From positions 17,236,001-17,300,000 of the forward strand of contig OZ024750.1 in the NCBI GenBank assembly GCA_964016885.1: a stretch of DNA of 64,000 nucleotides, written 5' to 3'. Each line of letters opens with the position of its first letter. Position 1 is the stretch's first letter. Positions 58,129 through 64,000 of the stretch are shown here, in pieces. This DNA comes from Eledone cirrhosa (lineage: Eukaryota). The notes beneath the pieces are model-generated. The model was given only the letters and a program-made list of their open reading frames with translations. It had not been told where the DNA came from and did no database searches. A program made the position numbers and the translations under genes.

Positions 58129-58714
58129 TGTGTGTGTGTGCATAAGTAAGTGCATGAGTATGCATTTGTGTTTGTGTGTGCATAAGTAAGTGCATGAGTA
58201 TGTGTTTGCGTGTGTATATATGTATATTTATTTGTGTGTGTACCAGCTGTGAGACACACGGGACCATGGAAGAGTTGAATCAATTAGATGAGGCCATTGT
58301 CCTCTTAAGAAGATAGAATACAGGTCTTTGTCCTATAACAGAACCCAACGACTCGTCCGTTGTATACAACCCCATTAATTGCCCTTCATTCATCTCAAAA
58401 ACAAACATACATTGGGTTTCTCTTTTGCCGATTTATACACATTGATGCGTGTACATTTATACATACATATGTATATATATGCCTACATATATATATATAT
58501 ATATGTGTGTGCGTGTGGGTGTGACTGAATGCTGAAGCTGGAGCATTTATGTAATATAACTTGCACATGGGTTGGCAGTATTGGTAGAGAGTCGGACGCC
58601 ATGGTTTGCATCATAGAGTTATGGCCCTTTGCCGGTCTGTGTTCAAATTCTGCCGTGGTTAACTTTGCCTTTCATCCTTACAGGATTCTGTAATTCTTTT
58701 GTAATTCTTGCACA

Positions 58715-59565
58715 TAATTCAGCCGCCTGCCTTCCATCCCCCATGAACACGGCCCCCGAGATACTTGAACTTCTTTACCTGCTTCAGTGGAACTCCATTC
58801 ATATGTAGAGTGCGCTGCGATGGCCTCCGTGAAAAGACGAGTGTCTCAGTTTCCACAGTACTGATTTTCATTCCAGCCATGCAGCACTCGGCATCAAACC
58901 TATCGAGTGAAAGTCAGAGGTCACCTGTCAAGTTAAGTAATACCATGTCATCTGCAAATTCCAGCTGACTGATTTTACACCCACCAGTCATGATACCACT
59001 TCCAAACAGGCTGTGCATGTCAATCCTGTTCATGTAAATAATTGTTTCTACTTTAGGCACAAGGCCAGCAATTACCCAGTACATTACTGGTACTTTATTT
59101 TATCGAGCCCGTAAGGATGAAAGGCAAAGTTAACCTCGGCGGGATTTGAACTCAGATCGTAAAGGGTCGTAACTATGCTGGAAAGCATGGCGTCCGACCC
59201 TCTACCGATACTGCCAATCCACCGCCCTACATGCAAATAATGAACAAGAAAGGTGACAGTATGCACCCTTGGCGGAGTCTGACTCCCACATTGAATGGTT
59301 TCAATTTAACACCATTTATCCGAATACAATTACCTGGACATTCATACAGAGATATCAGGGCAGCAAGGAGCTGACCATCGATCCCATACTCCTGCAGAAC
59401 CTTCCACAACATGTCCCGAGGAACGCAGTCATATGCCTTTTCAAGGTCAACAAAACAAGAATATACTTCTTGGCAATACTCCCACGATTTCTCGAATACC
59501 TACCGCACTGTGAATGTTTTGTCGGCTGTGCTGCGTCCGGGGTGAAAACCACACTGTTCATCAGC
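58715..59565 (-). pseudogene. RTE-like LINE reverse transcriptase fragment interrupted by a SINE
   Basis: EQCGFHPGRST, FVDLEKAYD, RLRQGCILSPFLF, LEFADD, FKYLG. Confidence 0.92.
59039..59226 (-). mobile_element. Full-length tRNA-SINE with probable ~12-bp TSD
   Basis: Flanked by CATGTAAATAAT / CATGCAAATAAT; splits the RT frame. Confidence 0.88.
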
Positions 59566-59604
59566 TAGCTTGGACAATATCCCTGCATCTATTTGCACAC
59601 ACGC

Positions 59605-59663
<59 letters not shown>

Positions 59664-59796
59664 CAAATGGAAACTATATTTATAAAACCATATTTATTTC
59701 ATTATACATATTTCAAGGACACCAAGAGCTTCCAACAGAAATGGTCGCATTCTTTAAGGGTATGTCAATATTTATTTATAAAACTGATCTATATTA

Positions 59797-59861
59797 TATT
59801 TTATCTGATGAAAGCACACCATAATTTAACTTGGTGTCCTTGAAATATGTATAATGAAATA
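59797..59861 (+). ncRNA. Type I hammerhead ribozyme, family D, within inverted-arm element 59657-59900
   Basis: TATTTTAT-CTGATGA-AAG-C-ACACC..GGTGT-C-CTT-GAAA-TATGTA-TA-ATGAAATA; 59657-59735 is an inverted copy of ~59830-59900. Confidence 0.75.
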
Positions 59862-59990
59862 AATATGCTTTTATAAATATAGTTTCCATTTGTTAATATA
59901 TCGTATTTTTACTCCAATAATTTGTTGAGTGCTTTATATCAGTTATAAAAATATTTGCTTGTTGTATCCCAACAATTTAAATAGGACTTC

Positions 59991-60069
<79 letters not shown>

Positions 60070-60783
60070 TTCCGAGTTTTTGATATGAAATCGTGTGCAA
60101 AAGAATATATATATATATATATTTATACGCATACATACATATATATATATATGTGTGTGTTTGTGTGTGTGTGTGTGTAACCATACACACATACATACAT
60201 GCATGCATACATACATACATACATACATACATACATACATACATACATACATACATACATACATACATACATACATACATACATACATTTGTTTGTGTAT
60301 GTGCGTACATACACAAGCCACGAAAGAAAACAAAGCGAAATATGTTGGGGTTTTTTTTTTCTTCTAGTCAGTATGGTTATCATAGCTGTGGTACCCTGTT
60401 GTTTTTGTAAGGCACCAAATGGTAGGAGATGATGCTTGTGGGATTGAATGGGAGGGAAGTGGTAGTGGTGCCCTGTTGTTATTGTGGGAGACCGATATGA
60501 GGAAGTGGCGGTTGTCGCCCCTGTTGTTGTGGAAGGTGATGTTCCGAATGTAAAGAAGTGGTTACTGCGGTGAATGTAGAGAACAACGGTAGGACAAAAG
60601 ACACAAGCTGGAATAAAGACATTTGAATATGTACACACATTTGTACAGACATATATGTACACATATGCGCACAGTCAGGTTATACGCGTTGTCAGCTTAC
60701 GATTTGAATATGTACACAAATATACATACTACAATGTTACTATATATACATATGTAAATATGTGTGTGTGTGTATGTGTATCC

Positions 60784-60841
<58 letters not shown>

Positions 60842-61082
60842 TGCCATGTCGCTATGCATATATTTGAATGTGTGCACATATACAGGCAGCCATCCTGTTA
60901 TGCATTTATTTATATACGTGTGTTAGATTGGGCTTATAATTTAAACATTAAAATTGTAATAAAAAAATAATTATTCTCCAAACTATGTACACACACACAC
61001 GCGCGGGCACACACAGATATATATGTGCGCGCGCGCGCGTCTGTGTGTGTACGTGTGTGTGTGTGTGTGTATGTGCGTATTC

Positions 61083-61792
61083 ACGTTTGGAGAAAAATTA
61101 CTCATTCGAAACCAACTGCGTTGGGCAGGGCTTTTAAGCCGGATGGGAGATGTGAGGTTGCCTAAGCGAATTATGTATGGAGAGTTAACTCTTGGTAAAC
61201 GCCTCAGACACAAACCCCCAAAAATGTTTCTGGGATGTCACAGGCAACCTGAAGACTTTTGTTATTAGTGTTGAAGAGTGGGAAGACGAGACGAAGAGTA
61301 GATCTGGTTAGAGAAGTCTGGTTTATGATGGTTGGGATCGTTTTGATGTCAAAAGAATTGAACATTCAGTGTTTAAAAAAGCATTAACATAAGGTGATGT
61401 TGACACAGTCCTGAAGGTTATCTGGTCGGAGCTAGCCTGTAACATCTGCGGAAATGTTCTTCTTTCTTGAGCTGAGCTTGCTAGTCATTTTAGAACTCAC
61501 AGCAATCAACAGCCTGGGGCTGATTATGTTGGTGTCTTCCCTGAAAGGACTGCGGTGTATTTGTGTCAGTTTGGTAACAAAGCCTATAGGTCTGCTGTTG
61601 GTCTCAAGCGGTACATGAGAGTCCATAAGGAGGAAGTTATGTTCTGGAGTATCCGGGAGCCTCGTGTATGTCACATCTGTAAAAAGTTATGCAGAAGCGA
61701 GGTGAGTTTGCAGAGTCCATAGCGGGCTCATGGCCGTTCAGCACTAAGTTGAAGAGATGACACTCTTCTGTAAAGAAGTCGCAGTTATCTTA
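61083..61792 (+). pseudogene. 3' end of RTE LINE with three C2H2 zinc-finger remnants
   Basis: IRNQLRWAGLLSRMGDVRLPKRIMYGEL; CNICGNVLLS*AELASHFRTH; CQFGNKAYRSAVGLKRYMRVH; CHICKKLCRSEVSLQSP*RAH. Confidence 0.85.
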
Positions 61793-61875
61793 TAATATAT
61801 ATATATATATGTGTATGTGTGTGTGTAGAAGTATCCGTAGGTGTCAAAAATGAAAAAAGAAAAGAGTGCATATAT

Positions 61876-61954
<79 letters not shown>

Positions 61955-62390
61955 TGTGCGGATGATATGTTTAACCATCATCTCAGTGTGTTTGGCCCTT
62001 AACGTATGTTGTAGCTCTGATTCATATGATTCATCGAGCGCTTACCACACATATCGGACGTTGATTTTCGTTAATTCCTGAGCTGAAAACGATTCTCGCT
62101 AATTTATATTTATATATATATATATATATAGACAGAGGGAGAGAGATGTGAGTGTATATATTTATATATGCAGAGAGAAAGTGACAGAGAGATTCTATAT
62201 GACTCTGTATGACAAAGCTGGCTCTTTGAATTACAGGTTCAAACAATCCGACAGGCTTCCAAACAGTCTCCGTCTAACAAATTTTACTCACAAGTCATGG
62301 GTTGACTGGAGGCTTTGGTAAATCCAACATATTAACCATTTGGTCATGCAGCATATACACATATTCACACACAGATACACACACACACTC

Positions 62391-62460
<70 letters not shown>

Positions 62461-62986
62461 GTGTGTGTGCGTGTATATATGAATATATATATACATAGGT
62501 ATATACAAACGTATATATACATACATACATACATATATATATATATGCACACACACACATAGATAGATATATACGTGTACGCACGTTTGCTTATACCCTC
62601 CATCCCATTATTTTGTTGTCTCTTAATGTTGTTATTAGTATTGTAGATGTTGTTGTTGTTGTAGTGAGTGGTCAGTGAATATAGGGGTCATTCGTGGACC
62701 AAAATTAACTGCAAACAACCCAACGTACAGCATTCAACTCTGTCAACAGAACCGCACATCATTAGCTGAGATTGACATAAAATATAGAAGTACATAGCAA
62801 AAACAACATGGCGGATGGAAGGCTGGGAGCATGTGTGGAAGGAGAGGAGTTCAAAGACCAGAAGAGGAGGTAGAGGCGAATGACAATGATAGTGATGGTG
62901 GGGGTGACTTCCTCTTCTCGCTTTTGAATATCACAGGTATACATGTGTTATACACGCACGCGCAAACACACACAAATACATACATG

Positions 62987-63054
<68 letters not shown>

Positions 63055-63056
63055 TG

Positions 63057-63089
<33 letters not shown>

Positions 63090-63093
63090 TTTT

Positions 63094-63181
<88 letters not shown>

Positions 63182-63217
63182 ATATATATATATATATTTT
63201 ATATATATATATATAGG

Positions 63218-63253
<36 letters not shown>

Positions 63254-63419
63254 TGTGTATCCCGGGTTCAATCGGGGGTAACCACAGTAAGTAAGTTTTA
63301 CAATACATAGCAGAGTGTAAATATTTAATATAGAAATGGCTTCTACAGGACTAGAACTGTTTCATTCGAAGGAAATCATCAGGAAAGCTGTTCTAGTCCT
63401 GTAGAAGCCATTTCTATAT

Positions 63420-63426
<7 letters not shown>
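63254..63426. mobile_element. Family A inverted-arm element; HHR 63339-63388 (-)
   Basis: Minus: TTC-CTGATGA-T-TTC-CTTC-GAA-T-GAAA-CAG-TTCTAGTC-CTG-TA-GAAGC. Confidence 0.8.
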
Positions 63427-63450
<24 letters not shown>

Positions 63451-63505
63451 CAAAATAAAACTTCACTGTTAACAAGTGTTTTTTAAGCTTCATATCATGT
63501 CTCCC

Positions 63506-63576
63506 TATTTTATCTGATGAGAACGCAGATATCATCCCATGATGATATTTGTTTTTGAAATGCGCATAATAAAATA
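63506..63576 (+). ncRNA. Type I hammerhead ribozyme, family D
   Basis: TATTTTAT-CTGATGA-GAACGCAGATATCATC-CCAT-GATGATATTTGTTTTT-GAAA-TGCGCA-TA-ATAAAATA: 8-bp stem I, ~15-bp stem II. Confidence 0.85.
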
Positions 63577-63624
63577 CATGGAACTCTTTTAACCATCTTT
63601 TGATCTTATATTATTTATACTCCA

Positions 63625-63715
63625 GTTGCCTTTCATCCTTACGGGGTCGATAAAATAAAGTACCAGTAATGCACTGGGTAATTGCTGGCCTTGTGCCTAA
63701 AGTAGAAACAATTAT
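63625..63715 (+). mobile_element. 5'-truncated tRNA-SINE with TSD
   Basis: Core and tail only; ATTATTTATACTCCAGT on both sides. Confidence 0.85.
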
Positions 63716-63826
63716 TTATACTCCAGTCCTACAAACTGTAGAGTGCTACTTATCCGATATTTGCATTGCTTTATTGTTCTACAATAAAACTCACCTCCTA
63801 CATATATATATATATATATATATATT

Positions 63827-63978
63827 GTATAGAAGGAGCTTCTACAGGACTAGTACTGTTTCATTCAGATGAAATCTTCAGGAAGCTTCCTGAAGATACA
63901 ATAAATATATTTTACTCTGCCATGTATTGAGTACCTTACTTACTGTGGTTATCCCCGACTCAACCCGGGACCTACGTA
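63827..63978. mobile_element. Family A element; HHR 63837-63887 (-)
   Basis: Same HHR as 52542-52592; right arm internally deleted, ends CAACCCGGGACCTACGTA(TA)n. Confidence 0.8.
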
Positions 63979-64000
63979 TATATATATATATATATATATA

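Noticed and set aside
60385-60610. Possible minus-strand exon after TTTATTCCAG
   Set aside because: Low-complexity peptide, weak donor, no homology recognised
62805-62940. AACATGGCG start context and CAG/GTATAC donor
   Set aside because: The ATG frame stops after 21 codons; insufficient support

Overview
Eukaryotic, repeat-saturated non-genic or intronic DNA with dense (TA)n, (CA)n, (TACA)n, (GA)n, (CAC)n and (CTA)n microsatellites and many tRNA-derived SINEs. The repeat content resembles an octopus/cephalopod genome (inference). Almost all ORFs in the track are microsatellite read-through. Real coding remnants are a DD41D-type Tc1/mariner transposase, three RTE LINE fragments (one with three C2H2 fingers), an L1/Tx1-like 3' end and a Penelope-like linker fragment. 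The main signal is about 20 hand-folded type I hammerhead ribozyme (HHR) motifs from at least five short element families, plus families showing only half or degenerate cores. They have palindromic stem III (dimer-type), and most sit in (TA)n as head-to-head inverted pairs with both 3' ends facing outward. The largest is a near-perfect 492-bp tandem array with an internal inversion and 8 HHRs. A 595-bp unit carries a compensated U3-A8 core. This looks like a TA-targeting Penelope/retrozyme-like system. All structures were folded by eye and none were tested.
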